DNA of 64,000 bases from Phoronis australis (Eukaryota > Animalia > Phoronida), in contig NMRA01000418.1 in the NCBI GenBank assembly GCA_002633005.1, positions 340,878 through 404,877 on the forward strand, given 5' to 3'. A program made the position numbers and the translations under genes. Within the stretch, counting starts at the first letter, position 1; each line of letters starts with the position of its first letter. Shown here piece by piece: positions 62,354-64,000 of the stretch. The notes beneath the pieces were generated by a model. The model did no database searches. It worked only from the letters and a program-made list of their open reading frames with translations, and was not told where the DNA came from.

Positions 62354-64000
62354 CTGGTTTTGTTGAACCACCTTTATGAAACCGGCTGTAGGAGTCGAAT
62401 CAACGAGTATAGTATAATAGGAGAGTTCACTAGCGCCGCCAAATGGTGAATAAGAAACGGTGCAAGCAAGAAGCGCGAGAGCATTGTGGAAAGACACATT
62501 TTGCAGTGCTATCAATTTCACTAAATAATCCACGAAAACACCAGACGTGCCTCTTTTACGTTTTCTTAGAATCCATGATTGTAAGGATTTTTTGTTATTC
62601 AATAATATGCTAAATTGTCTTTCATTTTTGTGTTTTGTTCACGGTTGGAAGACGAGTCAATGTCGGCCCGGTGCCGCTGTCCTCTGCAGTGCAGGCTACT
62701 GCACAGGCTACGCTCTGCCATTTGCATATACTTCGTCGTACTTCTACTAACATTAGATGTGAGCGAATGGTATAGTGTTGTGGTAGTGATGAATTGTCTT
62801 ACTTTACACAAATCAGTGGTCTGCAGTGGTAGCAGCCGGGCGTATTCAATAGGGAACATTCAAAATTGTTGGGTGGACATGAAACGCCCAGTGAGCTGGG
62901 AGGTATGAAAGGCTATGAGGAACGGTAATTTGTCTGATTAGGAACTGAACCATGACAAAACACCACGATGGCCAGTTTGAAGTCAGCTTCATGAGAATGA
63001 AAGGAAATGCATTTCCGTCCATACTAATTTAAATACACAATTTCATTCTCAATCGATTATAAGTGGACGTCAGTTAACGAATTTTACCCATTTTCAAGAT
63101 CCAGTAATTTTTTGCGCATTGAACGTCATAAAAATACGAATTTGTCGGTGTTTACATACATGTAGTTTTGACTGCGCCGTTAAATTAGTGTTGGTTAATC
63201 GCCGCTTGGGACTCTAGTCCTTCGACCGATAACTATTGCGCGAATGGCAAGATGACGCATTGAACTGTCCTATTCTTCGTACATGTACTCTCCTTGGTCG
63301 AATCGAATCTTCTCATGTCATTCACAACACTTTGACATTGAGATAGTTAGCCGCTTATGTTTTTTGCAATATGTTTAGTCTGAAAGGTACATTGTTAGGA
63401 AAGAGCTCTTTGAAACTACGCCATGGATAACTGAATTAATCGGCAGTGTAGGTAGACAGCCACAATGATTAGCATTATGCGAACACTTACGGGTTATTTG
63501 ATTCGATCAGTGAGATGAGCTGACAATTACAGCTAGTTGCTGCTCGTTGAATCTATTGTCATGTTTCAAGTTAACACATCGTGCATGTTGGTGACAGCCA
63601 TTCCTACAGAGACGTTTTTTATAAAAAGGAAACTCAAACCTCACATATTTTTTGCATGCACAGCAAGTATTTTTAACGAAGCATTCTTGTTAACTAGCGG
63701 TACCCGTAACCTTAAATATGAAAATCGTCAACGAGCATTTTTAAATCTAACAAAGAAGTTGACAAGTGGGCGATTTTTGAAAAAAACGGACAATTCCGAG
63801 TTCGTTTTTGGAATGTTATGATGCCATCATATGAGTGTATATATCGACTGAACTTGGGAACACTCAGAAAAAGTTTCCTTCTATCAATGAGCCTCAACAG
63901 TTATGGGTCATTGGATGTATGTACCTTCCTTATATACATGTACATATACAACGTATTATCTGGGCCCGTTATACGGAATATCGTCATGAAATCTGGAGCT

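Larger units (their letters stand above)
51301..64000 (+). repeat. Segmental duplication copy B (matches 1-11880)
   Basis: Same collinear match as copy A. Differs by substitutions, TE indels and TACATGTA scars. Confidence 0.97.

Overview
This is AT-rich, repeat-dense animal (invertebrate-like) genomic DNA, not prokaryotic, and most short ORFs in the track are spurious or transposon debris. One spliced gene can be built by hand on the minus strand (ATG at 42706, TGA at 12842; 8 exons, all introns phase 1, 966 nt, 321 aa). Its product is leader + Ig V-like domain lacking the canonical cysteines + C2-type Ig domain + a stalk of four tandemly duplicated 30-36 nt micro-exons + a GPI-anchor-like C-terminal signal. 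Window 1-11880 recurs, diverged, at 51301-64000, and both copies run off the window edges. This suggests a ~51-52 kb tandem unit and possibly an Ig gene array, although a haplotype assembly artefact is possible. Comparing the two copies shows copy-specific TE insertions and about one TA>TACATGTA scar per kb. The remaining sequence is decayed Academ, Gypsy (Gmr1-like order), mariner and Harbinger-like elements, MITEs, minisatellites and a 506-N gap. All alignments were done by eye.
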